In this document: piece by piece, positions 38,270 through 50,085 of the stretch
Numbering within the stretch: position 1 is the stretch's first letter
Layout of the letters: every line of letters begins with the position of its first letter
DNA from: Polyangiales bacterium
GTDB taxonomy: Bacteria; Myxococcota_A; Polyangia; Polyangiales; Polyangiaceae
Direction of reading: 5' to 3'
Assembly (NCBI GenBank): GCA_038230375.1
Contig: JBBRNJ010000022.1
Location: forward strand, 1 to 64,000
DNA: 64,000 nucleotides
Notes under the pieces: generated by a model
Told to the model about the DNA's origin: nothing
Seen by the model: the letters and a program-made list of their open reading frames with translations, nothing else
Database searches by the model: none
Position numbers and translations under genes: made by a program

Positions 38270-38840
38270 GGGTGGTGTAGACGTTGGTGGCGCTAGCGGT
38301 GGACGGCGGAAGACTGACTCGGAGGTCAACATGATCCCGATGATCGATCTCCTCATGGTCACCATCTCGTTCTTGCTCATCACGGCCGTGTGGTCGCACA
38401 TGTCCCGCATCAACGCGGACGCGCAGGTGCCAGGACCGCCCCGACCGGACACGGAGCAGACCCCGCAAGAGCCGGAGAAGACGCTCCACATCGAGATGCG
38501 TACCCCGGACAAGTTCACGCTCATCTGGAAGCAGGGCGGCACGGTTGTCAGCACGGTCGACGTCGCTCGCCGCGACAACGTGATCGAGAACAACCACGTG
38601 AAGGAGGTCCACTACCCCGACCTCGGCGCGAAGATCGAGAGCGAGTGGAAGACCACGGGCCAGCACCGTGATGCCACCGACAAGAAGTTCGACCAGGCCG
38701 TTCTCCACACGGACAACGAGACCCCGTACGTGAACCTGATCGGCGTCATCGACGCCATCTACACGCCCAAGCGCGACTACGGCGCGGGCGGCAAGATCGA
38801 GAAGATGCCGGCCCTGAACGTGACCTTCGCGGTCAACTGA
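38268..38840 (+). CDS. ExbD/TolR-family protein (AglQ-like)
   Basis: EVNMIPMIDLLMVTISFLL; TDNETPY. Confidence 0.9.
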   Translation: MGGVDVGGASGGRRKTDSEVNMIPMIDLLMVTISFLLITAVWSHMSRINADAQVPGPPRPDTEQTPQEPEKTLHIEMRTPDKFTLIWKQGGTVVSTVDVARRDNVIENNHVKEVHYPDLGAKIESEWKTTGQHRDATDKKFDQAVLHTDNETPYVNLIGVIDAIYTPKRDYGAGGKIEKMPALNVTFAVN

Positions 38841-38850
38841 GGAATCTGCA

Positions 38851-39393
38851 ATGACCGTTCAAAAGCCTGGCCGACGTCTGATGCACTTCGTGCCGCTGCA
38901 CTTCGTCCACAAGAAGGTGACCGGCGGTGGACAGCGTCCGATCGCTGCGGGTCTGTCGCTCACCAGCATGATCGACTTCCTCGTCGTGACCGTCGTTTTC
39001 CTCCTGATGTCGTTCAGCGCATCCGGAGAGCTGCAGGTCGCGAAGGGCGTCACCATCCCGAAGGCGCAGAACACGCTCGACATGATCGACGCGCCCATCG
39101 TCGCGATCTCGGGTCGTCAGATCCTGGTCAACGGGCAGCCCGCCGGTAACACGCAGGCGATCGAGGACAGCAAGCGCATGCAGCGCGTGGACGAGCTCTT
39201 CAACTCGCTCAAGCAGCAGCGCGAGCACTGGAAGCAGGTCTACCCGAACAAGGACTTCCCCGGCGTCGTCGTTCTCCAGATCGATCAAGACGTGCAGGCC
39301 GTGGTCGTGAAGAGCGTGTTCCAGACGGCGGCCTTCGCCGGCTACCCGAACGTGAGCTTCATGGTCAACCAGATGCCGCACGCGAGCGAGTAA
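38851..39393 (+). CDS. ExbD/TolR-family protein (AglS-like)
   Basis: LSLTSMIDFLVVTVVFLL; FPGVVVLQID...AGY. Confidence 0.9.
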   Translation: MTVQKPGRRLMHFVPLHFVHKKVTGGGQRPIAAGLSLTSMIDFLVVTVVFLLMSFSASGELQVAKGVTIPKAQNTLDMIDAPIVAISGRQILVNGQPAGNTQAIEDSKRMQRVDELFNSLKQQREHWKQVYPNKDFPGVVVLQIDQDVQAVVVKSVFQTAAFAGYPNVSFMVNQMPHASE

Positions 39394-39417
39394 ACCTCTC
39401 CGCGTGAGAGAGCCGCG

Positions 39418-39448
39418 AAAGAGCCCGCGTCATGCGGGCTTTTTCTTT
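39418..39448 (+). terminator. Intrinsic terminator
   Basis: AGCCCGC-GTCAT-GCGGGCT followed by TTTTCTTT. Confidence 0.85.
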
Positions 39449-39462
39449 GGAGCAGCCACTGC

Positions 39463-40401
39463 ATGAATCGCGATAGAGGACTGAAGAGCATCAAGGAAGC
39501 GCGCCAGGAGCGCGTGTCCCGCAAGTTCGGGCGGCCCACGGGGACTGCGGCGATCGTCGTGGTGGTCGGGCTCTTGCTCGTGCTGCTCGGGAACTACTTC
39601 TGGACGGAGCGGAAGCTCGATGCGAAGCGCGAGGCCGTACTCTCGCAGCAGCGCGCCGCGCTCGCCACGCTCGGTGCGGAGTGGTTTCCGCTGCGGGACA
39701 GGATCGAGGGCATCGTCATGGCGAACGCCAACGACTACCTGGGCGATCAGACCGCGACCGAGGCGACCACCTGGGATTTTCGCGCCATCCCCGGCATCTA
39801 TCTCCGCCTGCGCACGGCGGACGCACAGAACGTGAAGGACCTGCGCGCGGCCGGCGGGGAGTCGCGCCGGGACGGCTTCACCGCGTGTCTGCTTCGCACG
39901 CAGTCCGCCGAGGACATGGACGCGGGCCAGTCCGAGGATCGGCCGTGGAACCTGCGTCAAGCGTACATGTCCACGCGCGTGCTCACGGACGAGTGGACGC
40001 ACGAGGTGAAGACCGCGAGCGACGAGATGCGCGTGCGTGTCTTCGAGGAGCAGTACGACAAGGCCAAGCGCGAGGAGATCCCCGTCGCGGTGGACATCGT
40101 GAAGCGCGCGCAGTTCTTCCTGCTGGTCCTGGACGAGGACACCCCCGAGGCAAGGGCCGACCAGGATGGTGGACCGCTCACGCTGCAGGCGCTGGAGCTC
40201 TACTCGCACGCGTCGCGCGTGATCCTGTTCAACCTGAATACGAACAAGCTCGAGATGCGCCTCCGCCGCACGCCGCAGACCAAGTTCTATCTGGCCGGTG
40301 AGAACCGCGCGCTCCCGCAGGAGTCGCGCGACGCCATGGTCCGCCAGGTGAACAACTGCGGGCTGGCCACGGACGTGAAGCGCGCACTCAAGATGAAATG
40401 A
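39463..40401 (+). CDS. Hypothetical protein with N-terminal membrane anchor
   Basis: 312-aa ORF with typical codon bias and one TM. Confidence 0.75.
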   Translation: MNRDRGLKSIKEARQERVSRKFGRPTGTAAIVVVVGLLLVLLGNYFWTERKLDAKREAVLSQQRAALATLGAEWFPLRDRIEGIVMANANDYLGDQTATEATTWDFRAIPGIYLRLRTADAQNVKDLRAAGGESRRDGFTACLLRTQSAEDMDAGQSEDRPWNLRQAYMSTRVLTDEWTHEVKTASDEMRVRVFEEQYDKAKREEIPVAVDIVKRAQFFLLVLDEDTPEARADQDGGPLTLQALELYSHASRVILFNLNTNKLEMRLRRTPQTKFYLAGENRALPQESRDAMVRQVNNCGLATDVKRALKMK

Positions 40402-41638
40402 CGCGTCCGGCCGCGAGCACGTGAACGTCCGCGAAGTTCACGCCTGAAGGAGCCTCGGGGAGCGCGGTGCCCGCGCGCGCATGGAGCACTCCGGCATCAA
40501 AGCCGCCGATCGCCGCGGATAGCGCCTCTGCGCGCCTCGCGAACGAGCCCGCGTGGACGACGGCGCCCGCGGTGCCGCTCCCACCATCCACGCCATCCGT
40601 GGCGCCAGCAAGGAACGCGACGCCAGCGGGAAGGCGCGACGCGAGCAGCGCGCAGAGGTGCGTGCATCGACCCCCGCGACCGTGCACCGCTGGCACCTGC
40701 ATGCCGGGTTCGGCGGCACGCACGACCGCGGTCCCAGGCTGAAGCTTGCGTGCAATATGCATGTATTTGGAAACGAGCGCGCCAACGTCTGCGTCGGATG
40801 GCGGCAGCACGCGCACGGCGAGGCCGGTCTGGGCAAGCGCCCGCGCGATCTCACGAGCGAACCAGCGCGGCGATGCGATGATCTCGAGATCGGTGATCGC
40901 GGACCTACGCGGCTTCAGCGTCTCGACGAGAGAGAGCGAGCTGTGTTCCGGAGCGAAGCGATGAAGCACCTTCGCAGCCTGTTTGCGCGTGGTCGGGTCC
41001 GGTGACGTCGGGCCAGAGCCTATGTCCCACGGCGTATCGCTGAGAACGTCGCTCACGACCAGCGTCACGACACGCGCGTGACCGGCGGCGCGCAGCAGCG
41101 CACCACCCTTGATGCCCGAGAGATGGCGGCGCACCACGTTCACCTCCGAGATGGTCGCGCCCGCGCGGAGCAAGGCATCCGACAGTGCTCGCTTCCTCGC
41201 GAGCGACACGCCGACCGGCAAGGACAAGAGTGCGGAGGCGCCACCCGACACGAGCACCAGGAGGTTCTGGCGCTTCGCATTGGGTCCGTTTGCGGCTCTG
41301 CCGGCGAGCGCGAGTGCTCGCTTCGCGGCACGTACACTTCGTGCGTCCGGGAGCGGATGGGCCGCATGCATGTAATATGCACCTTTTCGAGAGCGCGGCA
41401 GCCTGGTCCCGTCCGGTGCGACGACCAGGCTCTCCTGCACGGTGGCGCCGGCGGCGGCGAGACCGAGCAATGCGCCCTTGAACATCGTCAGTGCGGCCTT
41501 GCCGATCGCTATCACGCGCCACGCCTCTCCCTCCATGGCCCGCCGCGCGATGGCATCACGGGTACGCTCGCGAACGCGCGCCTGTGCGCCGCGCAGAGCG
41601 TCACGAAAGACGCGACGGAGCAGCGGAGCCACGTTCAC
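40388..41638 (-). CDS. Glycerate 2-kinase-like (DUF4147/MOFRL)
   Basis: AIGKAA, HPLPD, LVSGGASAL, IKGG, SDV..IGSGP, GRGGR, TDGVDG, GVNFAD. GTG start overlaps the upstream stop. Confidence 0.85.
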   Translation of the reverse strand: MNVAPLLRRVFRDALRGAQARVRERTRDAIARRAMEGEAWRVIAIGKAALTMFKGALLGLAAAGATVQESLVVAPDGTRLPRSRKGAYYMHAAHPLPDARSVRAAKRALALAGRAANGPNAKRQNLLVLVSGGASALLSLPVGVSLARKRALSDALLRAGATISEVNVVRRHLSGIKGGALLRAAGHARVVTLVVSDVLSDTPWDIGSGPTSPDPTTRKQAAKVLHRFAPEHSSLSLVETLKPRRSAITDLEIIASPRWFAREIARALAQTGLAVRVLPPSDADVGALVSKYMHIARKLQPGTAVVRAAEPGMQVPAVHGRGGRCTHLCALLASRLPAGVAFLAGATDGVDGGSGTAGAVVHAGSFARRAEALSAAIGGFDAGVLHARAGTALPEAPSGVNFADVHVLAAGRVISS

Positions 41639-42270
41639 TCCGGTGCGCGATCGCCCGCGTCGATGAGGTGCGCGCCGATCACCTGATGCCACGCGAGCGT
41701 GATGCCCACGAAGAGCGCGCGATCCGTCGGCCCCTGCACGGTCTCGCCGGCCAAAGCGCCATCGCTCCAGCGGCAGCCGCCATGCGTGGCAATGAAGAGC
41801 CCCGTGGCGCGCGAGAAGATCGGGATCTCCAGGCCCAGGCCCGCCTGGAAGCCAGGCTTTGCGCCGAACTGACGTCCCTGCGGCTGCTGCGCGAAGCCGC
41901 CGAGCTCCAGGCCGAACGAGTCGAGCAGCATGTCGGCACGACCCTGATCGAACTCCTTGCCCGTGAGCCAGCGCGCGAGGAAGAGCGGACGGAGCTCCAG
42001 GCCGAACGCGAGCACGCGCTCTGGCTCCGCGTCCTTGAAGAAGGCCTTGTCCTCGTACGTGACGAACAGCCCAGACGTGGACATGTAGCGCGCGCGGAGA
42101 TCCACGGTGGTGCGCGGCGCACGGGGCCCGAACGTCGCGCCAAGGCCACCGACGAGCGTGAGATCGCCGTCCAGGCGACCCGCGGTGGGCTCGTCGGCGC
42201 GGGCCACGTGCGGCGTGGACGCGAGAAGCGCCGCAAGTAGCCCGAAGAGCGCGATCGAAGCCGTTTTCAC
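41635..42270 (-). CDS. Secreted protein, probable small outer-membrane beta-barrel
   Basis: Signal peptide (..ARA-DE) and alternating hydrophobic strands. Confidence 0.65.
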   Translation of the reverse strand: MKTASIALFGLLAALLASTPHVARADEPTAGRLDGDLTLVGGLGATFGPRAPRTTVDLRARYMSTSGLFVTYEDKAFFKDAEPERVLAFGLELRPLFLARWLTGKEFDQGRADMLLDSFGLELGGFAQQPQGRQFGAKPGFQAGLGLEIPIFSRATGLFIATHGGCRWSDGALAGETVQGPTDRALFVGITLAWHQVIGAHLIDAGDRAPE

Positions 42271-43572
42271 TCAGAGCCCCAGCGCTGCCGTGATGTCGTC
42301 GCGGAGCTCCGCTGCAAAGACCAGACGCACGCGCGTCAGCACCTGACCCGCAAGCCGCGCGAGCAGGAAGCTCACCTCGGACAGTGGACGTTGCGGACCC
42401 TTGGCGAACACGACCATGAGCGGATCGGCCTCCGCGCCGAACGGGGTGTCGCTCGCGACGTCCAGACCAACGTAGACGCGCTCGTCGAGACCGCGCGAGC
42501 GAGCCACCTCGCGTGCCTTCTCCAGCGCCAGTAGCCGGCCCTCGGGCAATGCCTGCTCGCCGAACAGCTCCAGTGTCTTGAAGAGCGAGCGCACCCTCAC
42601 GCGCTTGCAGAGATCCGCGAGCGGTTTGTCCTGGCTGTCCTCCCAGCCGCGCATGGCGACCGCAAGCACGCCGTCGTCGAGCTCCAGGTATTCGCGCAGG
42701 GGCGGCGCGGCGCCATGCGCAGCGAGCTCCACCGCCCTGGGCGTGAGAGGCAAACGCATGCCCTCCGCGATGAGCTCCGACGCGCGCCCGAGCACGGTCC
42801 GGATCATCCACTCCGCGGAGCGCGTGGCCTTGTGCAGGTAGACCTGCTGGAACATGAAGAGGCGCGCCAGGAGAAATGCCTCGATCGCGGGGAGCCCTTT
42901 TGCGCCGTCGATCGCGAGGCCGGGCGCAGCGTCCGCGGTCGCTCCTGGTCCAGGCTTTCCGAAGCGAAGGCTGCGGAGGAGCCAGTCCAGATCGAAGAGG
43001 CCATAGCGCACGCCGGTCTCGTGCGCGTCGCGCAGGAGGTAGTCGCAGCGGTCCACGTCGAACGTGCCGCTCACGGCCTTGGCTATGTACGCGAGCGGAT
43101 GCTCCCCGCGGACCAGCGCTGCGACGCGCGCGGGCATGCCTGGATCCATCTGCGTCAGCACCTTGTTCACCCCGGTGGAGTCGGACAGGATGATCTTCTC
43201 CGTCCAATCCTCGTGGTGCGCGGTGCCGGGGATCGCGTCCTCGAACAGGTGAGAGAGCGGGCCATGGCCGGCGTCGTGCAGGAACGCGGCGGCGAGCGTA
43301 TCGCGCGCGGTCTCGCTGGTGAGCTGCTGCCAGTACGGAAGCTCTCCATGGATCTGACGGATGCGCGCGATGAGGCGCTTCATCACGTACGCCGCGCCGA
43401 TGGCGTGCGCGAAGCGTGAGTGCTCCGCCCCCGGGAACGCATACGACGCTACGCCGAGCTGACGGATGCGCCTGAGGCGCTGCATTTCCTCGGTGTCCAT
43501 GAGGAGCTCGACCACGCGCTCCTCCTCGGACTCGAACTCGACGAGGCCATGGACGGGGTCTCGGAGGATCAT
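42271..43572 (-). CDS. HD phosphohydrolase, SAMHD1/dNTPase-like
   Basis: DPVHG, QRLRRIRQLG, HSRFAH, LHDAGHGPLSH, DVDRCDYLLRD, VYLHK. Confidence 0.9.
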   Translation of the reverse strand: MILRDPVHGLVEFESEEERVVELLMDTEEMQRLRRIRQLGVASYAFPGAEHSRFAHAIGAAYVMKRLIARIRQIHGELPYWQQLTSETARDTLAAAFLHDAGHGPLSHLFEDAIPGTAHHEDWTEKIILSDSTGVNKVLTQMDPGMPARVAALVRGEHPLAYIAKAVSGTFDVDRCDYLLRDAHETGVRYGLFDLDWLLRSLRFGKPGPGATADAAPGLAIDGAKGLPAIEAFLLARLFMFQQVYLHKATRSAEWMIRTVLGRASELIAEGMRLPLTPRAVELAAHGAAPPLREYLELDDGVLAVAMRGWEDSQDKPLADLCKRVRVRSLFKTLELFGEQALPEGRLLALEKAREVARSRGLDERVYVGLDVASDTPFGAEADPLMVVFAKGPQRPLSEVSFLLARLAGQVLTRVRLVFAAELRDDITAALGL

Positions 43573-45131
43573 CGCGCGTTCTCCAGCAGGGTGGTCAGTG
43601 TCTCGCCGTCATCCGTGTGGATGCGCACCGCAGGCGTGCCCTCGAACGACGCAGGAAGGGAGAGCATGGCGTCCAGCGGCGTCGCCTTCTTTCCCGGAAC
43701 GCGCGCGCGCGAGGCGGCAGCGGTGAAGGTCCCGTGGACATCCGTCTCGCCGACGCTCCACGAGAGCGGCTCCTTCGGATGTTCCAGGACGATCTCACAC
43801 GTGCCGTCGAGCAGCCTTCGCGAAGCGGCCTTCACGCGTGGGCTCGCCTTGCCCTTCGCATCCGCACCATTCGCCACGGCGACGGGGTCACCGAGCGTGG
43901 ACACCGAGAACCCCATTCCCGCGCGGATGAAGCGCGCGCGAGAGGTGAAGATCGCGCCCGACTGCGCGTCCGACACGATGGCGCGGCGACCCGTGACGTG
44001 TGCGGCCTCTGCGGTGGTGCCGCTGCCCGAAAACACGTCGACCACCAATCCCCCGGGCTTCGTGCCGCAAGCGATGATGCGCTCGAGCAGCGCGCGGGGC
44101 TTCTGTGTGGGGTAGCCGGTGCGCTCGTCCTTGGCGACATGACGGACGGGCGCGATGTCGGTCCAGAGTGTGTCGACGGGGCGCTCGCGGCACCAGCGAC
44201 CTTCGTCGTCCTGGACGAGGAAGTACTTGATGTAGACCTTGCCGGAAGCCGTGCGATGAACGCGGCCGATCTTGTCGAGCTTCGCGATCGACTCGTCCGT
44301 GTAGTCGCCGCGCGGCGCGCTGGTGAAGAGGCGGCCCTGCTCGTCCTTGCGCATGGCGCCGTCGTCGATGGGCTCCTTGCGCAACGGTGGGACCAGCACC
44401 GCGTCCTTCTTCCCGTAGACGACGATGGTGTCGAGCGTGCGTCCGAACTGACCGCTCTTCGCCTGGCGCCCCAGGTTCGGCGCGCGCTTCCAGATGACCT
44501 CATTCAGGAAGCACTCACGCCCCATGATCTCGTCCAGGAGCACGCGCACCAGGTACGCGGCGCGCCAGTCCAGATGCACCCAGATCGTGCCGCGTGGAGA
44601 GAGCAAGCGCGTGAGCGCCTCGAGCCTTGGCGCGAGCATGTCGAGGTACGCGCCTGCGCCGCCGTCCTTCTTTCCCCAGCGGTCCCCGTAAGCAACACTC
44701 CGGTGCACGCGCCCGTCGGCGTTGCCATCTAGCCGCGCCTCCAGGATGTAGTCGGTCTGCGAAAGGAACGGAGGGTCGACGTAGACGAGGTCTACCTTGC
44801 CGGCGAGCTGCTCGTCCTCGAGCAGGCTCGTCACCGCGAGGGCGTCGCCCTGGATGAGCCGGTGTGTCTGATCGCCGTAGCGCTCGGAGGTGTGGAGCGC
44901 CTCCACCGGGTGCTCGCGCTGGTCGCGGTCTTCGCGCTGGTCGCGTTGGTCGTGATTGCGGAACATGCGTCCAGGCCACGCGAGCACGGGGCCGGCGTCC
45001 GCTGCTGGGCCTGCTGTGCGCGTTGTTTGGGTTGTGCGACGGCTGGCCACGACGGGCACCGATGTTACCAGAAATGCGCGACTCCCAGACGCCAACGCCA
45101 CATGCGACGGGGCTTCGACTTGGGGTGACAA
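43569..45131 (-). CDS. N6-adenine/N4-cytosine DNA methyltransferase, beta class
   Basis: YVDPPF precedes YPTQKP and DVFSGSGTT. Start uncertain (alternative ATG 44966). Confidence 0.88.
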   Translation of the reverse strand: MSPQVEAPSHVALASGSRAFLVTSVPVVASRRTTQTTRTAGPAADAGPVLAWPGRMFRNHDQRDQREDRDQREHPVEALHTSERYGDQTHRLIQGDALAVTSLLEDEQLAGKVDLVYVDPPFLSQTDYILEARLDGNADGRVHRSVAYGDRWGKKDGGAGAYLDMLAPRLEALTRLLSPRGTIWVHLDWRAAYLVRVLLDEIMGRECFLNEVIWKRAPNLGRQAKSGQFGRTLDTIVVYGKKDAVLVPPLRKEPIDDGAMRKDEQGRLFTSAPRGDYTDESIAKLDKIGRVHRTASGKVYIKYFLVQDDEGRWCRERPVDTLWTDIAPVRHVAKDERTGYPTQKPRALLERIIACGTKPGGLVVDVFSGSGTTAEAAHVTGRRAIVSDAQSGAIFTSRARFIRAGMGFSVSTLGDPVAVANGADAKGKASPRVKAASRRLLDGTCEIVLEHPKEPLSWSVGETDVHGTFTAAASRARVPGKKATPLDAMLSLPASFEGTPAVRIHTDDGETLTTLLENAR

Positions 45132-47309
45132 GTGGAGCGACCAGGTCTACGTTTATTGTTGGTGCCTGCTATTGCCCTCGTCACCCATCGGCTCGAGGCT
45201 GTGCTCAGGGCATTGCCCGCCGCGGAGCTACGCGCCATCATCGACCGCCTCGGCTTGACGATCGATCCGGCGAAGCGGCTCGATCCGCCGTCGCAGCTGG
45301 CCCGCGCGCTCGTCGCGCTACCAGAGCTCCGCGAACCGGCTCGTTTACCCGAGGCGAGCGCCGCCCTCCTCCATCGCGTCGCCGAAGCGAAGGGCCAGCT
45401 CGTGGTGCCTGCCCTTCCGCCAGCGCTTGGACCGCTCGCTGCGCGCGGGCTGCTGTTCGCGCGGGGCAGCAAGACCTCCGTGGAGCTGATCCTCCCGTCC
45501 GCGTTCCTGTTGCAGCTTCGCTCGTGGGACGGCGAGGACCCGCGCGGAATTCGCGCGCTCCTGTCGCAAGCGTCCATGGAGACGCTGAGCGCGATCGCTG
45601 GACACTACCTGGGCAGGCCGGCCACCCCGCCCATCGCGCTCTCGCTGGAGGCCGCGTGGGAGGTGCTGGGCGACAACGAGAAGCTCTCCGCGGAAATAGA
45701 CAAGCTGTCGCCGACGGAGCGCCGCGTGCTCGAAGGCGTGGAGCACGACGGCGGTGAGGTCGACACGGAGGAGCTCCTCGAGCTCGAGCGCGAGCCGCTA
45801 CGCCTTCGCACGGCCACGGGTGCGACGCCTTCACGGCGCGGCGTCGGCTTCTCGCTGGAGCGCCGCGGCCTTTTGATTCCGGTGCATCCGAACCGGCACG
45901 TGGTGCCCACGGAGGTCTCTCGCATCATCGGCGCGAAGAGGCACGAGGAGCGAGAGCAGCGGCGAGCGCAGGTGTTGTCGGTGGTGCTCGCGGTCGACCA
46001 CGCCCCGCGCCGCGCGCGGTTCTCGCATGATCCTTCGCCGCTCGCGCTGGGCATGAGCCTCGCCATCCTCGAGCCCGGCAATGAAGTGCGCTCCAACGTG
46101 GGTACACCCAAGTCGCTGATCGTGAAGCTTTCTACCCGCTTCGGCCGCGACAACGGGCAGGTAGCGCTCATCGGCGCGCTGTGTCGCGCGGTCGGACTCT
46201 GGGGCCCCACCGCGCAGAATTCGGGCGGGCCTCCCGGCTCGCTCACGCTGGACGAGCTCTCCTTCCACCTCTATCGCGCATGGGCGCGCGGCGGCGCATG
46301 GGATGAGGCGCGCAAGGAGCCTGAGGTCCTCAGACTCGCGCTGGAGGCGCGCGACTCCAGCCCGGTCGGTGCGATCCGCGCGATGGTGCAGAATGCGCTG
46401 AAAGACCTGGGTGAGGATCGCTGGGTGCCGTGGACGCAGCTTCAGGGTTACTTGAAGAGTGATCATCGCGTGCCCGGGCTCGCGCGACTGTTCCGCCGCT
46501 GGGCAGAGCGAAACGGCACGGAGATCGTCGAGCCGCTCGACGTGGCGCGTCGCATCGTGACGGAGAGCCTTCCGGCGCTCGGCGTGGTGGACCTTGGCGA
46601 GGGCGAGACCACCACGGGCGGTGCCACGGACGAGATCGCGCTGCGCCTGACGCCGCGCGGCCGCGCCATGCTGTCCGACAAGACCTCTTCCGAGAAGGAG
46701 AAGACCAAGTCGAAGTTCCTCGACACGCACGTGCTCCAGGTCGGCACCAGCGCCCATGTCCACGCGGTCCTCGCGCTGTCCACGCTCGTGGAGGTCGGAC
46801 GCGTCGCCGACACGCTCGACCTGATCGTCGCGCCGCAGACGCTCGCAAAGGCGCTCGCCGCAGGCTTCGAGGCAGACCAGGTGCGTCAACGCATCGAAGA
46901 GGTCGCTCCACTGCCGGAGACCCTGTCGCGCACGCTCGCGCAGGCCAGTGTCGTGCTCGGCCGCTGCACGTTCGAGCCAGCGGCCGGGTTCCTCTGGGTC
47001 GAGGACAAGAACATCCTCGAGCTCCTGCGCACGCGCAAGGCCACAGCGGAGCTCTTCGTGGAGCCGTCGCCACCGTCAGGTTTGCTGGTGCAGGCCAGCG
47101 TCGACCTGGACAAGCTGGTCCGGCGCTGCCGTACGATCGGCATCGAAGTCGTGTACGACGGCAACGTGATCCGCGCACGCGCGATGGGCACCGGCGGCAC
47201 CCCACTCCCTCGCTCTCTCACGCCCCCGCCCGGCAAAGTGACCGCCGTGAGAAGCCTTCAGCGCTCCCCCACGCCGCCCCCAGTGGCCGTGCGCAAGACC
47301 GAGAAGTGA
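45132..47309 (+). CDS. Helicase-associated-domain protein (XPB N-terminal-like), no ATPase motifs
   Basis: Winged-helix-like segments (LERRGLL, RLTPRGRAML) and C-terminal TLAKALAAG...PLPETL. Start may be GTG 45201. Confidence 0.6.
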   Translation: MERPGLRLLLVPAIALVTHRLEAVLRALPAAELRAIIDRLGLTIDPAKRLDPPSQLARALVALPELREPARLPEASAALLHRVAEAKGQLVVPALPPALGPLAARGLLFARGSKTSVELILPSAFLLQLRSWDGEDPRGIRALLSQASMETLSAIAGHYLGRPATPPIALSLEAAWEVLGDNEKLSAEIDKLSPTERRVLEGVEHDGGEVDTEELLELEREPLRLRTATGATPSRRGVGFSLERRGLLIPVHPNRHVVPTEVSRIIGAKRHEEREQRRAQVLSVVLAVDHAPRRARFSHDPSPLALGMSLAILEPGNEVRSNVGTPKSLIVKLSTRFGRDNGQVALIGALCRAVGLWGPTAQNSGGPPGSLTLDELSFHLYRAWARGGAWDEARKEPEVLRLALEARDSSPVGAIRAMVQNALKDLGEDRWVPWTQLQGYLKSDHRVPGLARLFRRWAERNGTEIVEPLDVARRIVTESLPALGVVDLGEGETTTGGATDEIALRLTPRGRAMLSDKTSSEKEKTKSKFLDTHVLQVGTSAHVHAVLALSTLVEVGRVADTLDLIVAPQTLAKALAAGFEADQVRQRIEEVAPLPETLSRTLAQASVVLGRCTFEPAAGFLWVEDKNILELLRTRKATAELFVEPSPPSGLLVQASVDLDKLVRRCRTIGIEVVYDGNVIRARAMGTGGTPLPRSLTPPPGKVTAVRSLQRSPTPPPVAVRKTEK

Positions 47310-47337
47310 TCCCTTCCGTCGTTCCGGTGAATCTCTC

Positions 47338-48984
<1,647 letters not shown>

Positions 48985-49052
48985 GAGCCGGTTTTTACCA
49001 CGAGCCCAGGAGCCTGTAGGGCGTATGTGTCGCGCGAAAAATGCAGGACGAC

Positions 49053-50027
49053 TTACGAGAGGGCGAGCATGCGATCAATGGGGATTCTTGCCTTGGCGAT
49101 GAGCTCCGCGCTCATCTCGAGCCGGGGCGAGAGATCGCGCAGCGCGAGGTAGATCTTCTCGAGCGAGTTCTTCTTCATGTGAGGACATTCGTTGCAAGCG
49201 CAGTTCGCCTCGGGAGGTGCCGGGATGAACGTCTTGTCCGGCGCTGCCTTCTGCATCTGGTGCAGGATGCCCGGCTCCGTGACCACGATGAACTCCTTCT
49301 CGGGGCTCGCGGCGGCGTGCTTCAAGATGCCAGTGGTGGAGCCCACGTAGTCCGCCATGCGCAGGATGACCTCTTCGCACTCGGGGTGCGCGAGGACCTT
49401 CGCCTTCGGGTGGCGTTCCTTCAAGGCGATGAGCTTCCGCTCGCTGAAGGTCTCGTGGACGATGCAGCTGCCCTGCCACAGCTCCATGGGGCGCCCGAGC
49501 TTCTTCACCAGGAACGCGCCAAGGTTCTTGTCGGGCGCGAACAGCACCTTCTTGTCCTTCGGGATCGCCGCGACGATCTTCTCCGCGTTCGACGACGTCA
49601 CGATGTAGTCGGACTCCGACTTCACGTCCGCGGAGCAGTTGATGTAGCTCACGGTGACGGCGCCGGGGTGCCTTGCCTTCCATGCGCGAAAGCGGTCGAT
49701 GGGGCAGCCGTCCGCGAGCGAGCAGCCCGCATCCATATCGGGCACGACGACGATGCGCTCGGGGTTCAGGATCTTCGCGGTCTCCGCCATGAAGTGGACT
49801 CCGGCGAAGCAGATGACGTCGCTCTTTGCGGCCGCAGCGGCCTGCGCGAGCTGGAGTGAGTCGCCAATGACGTCAGCAACGTCCTGGATGTCGCTGTCCT
49901 GGTAGTAGTGCGCGAGGATGATCGCGTTCTTCTCGACCTTGAGACGCTTGATCTCCTCCTCCAGGTCGAGGGACGGATCGACGGGCTTCGGAGAGGCCTT
50001 CCCGTAGACGGGCAATCGGGTGTTCAC
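49053..50027 (-). CDS. nadA: Quinolinate synthase
   Basis: [37 protein letters not shown] start inferred. Confidence 0.96.
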   Translation of the reverse strand: MNTRLPVYGKASPKPVDPSLDLEEEIKRLKVEKNAIILAHYYQDSDIQDVADVIGDSLQLAQAAAAAKSDVICFAGVHFMAETAKILNPERIVVVPDMDAGCSLADGCPIDRFRAWKARHPGAVTVSYINCSADVKSESDYIVTSSNAEKIVAAIPKDKKVLFAPDKNLGAFLVKKLGRPMELWQGSCIVHETFSERKLIALKERHPKAKVLAHPECEEVILRMADYVGSTTGILKHAAASPEKEFIVVTEPGILHQMQKAAPDKTFIPAPPEANCACNECPHMKKNSLEKIYLALRDLSPRLEMSAELIAKARIPIDRMLALS

Positions 50028-50085
50028 GGTTGAGAACTTAGGAGCGATTCCACCGGGGCTCAACCCCCAGCGAAAACCGCCCGAC

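Noticed and set aside
38107..38296. CTAG-bounded IS5-like MITE ends around copy B
   Set aside because: CTAG occurs on both sides, but the adjoining sequences are not convincing inverted repeats and the right one lies in coding sequence.
41639..43207. N-terminal extension of the 939-aa ORF (apparent fusion)
   Set aside because: Overlaps two better-supported genes in another frame; kinase homology begins at GTG 41638.
43569..47309. Type III restriction-modification system
   Set aside because: The neighbouring large ORF is divergent and lacks helicase and nuclease motifs.
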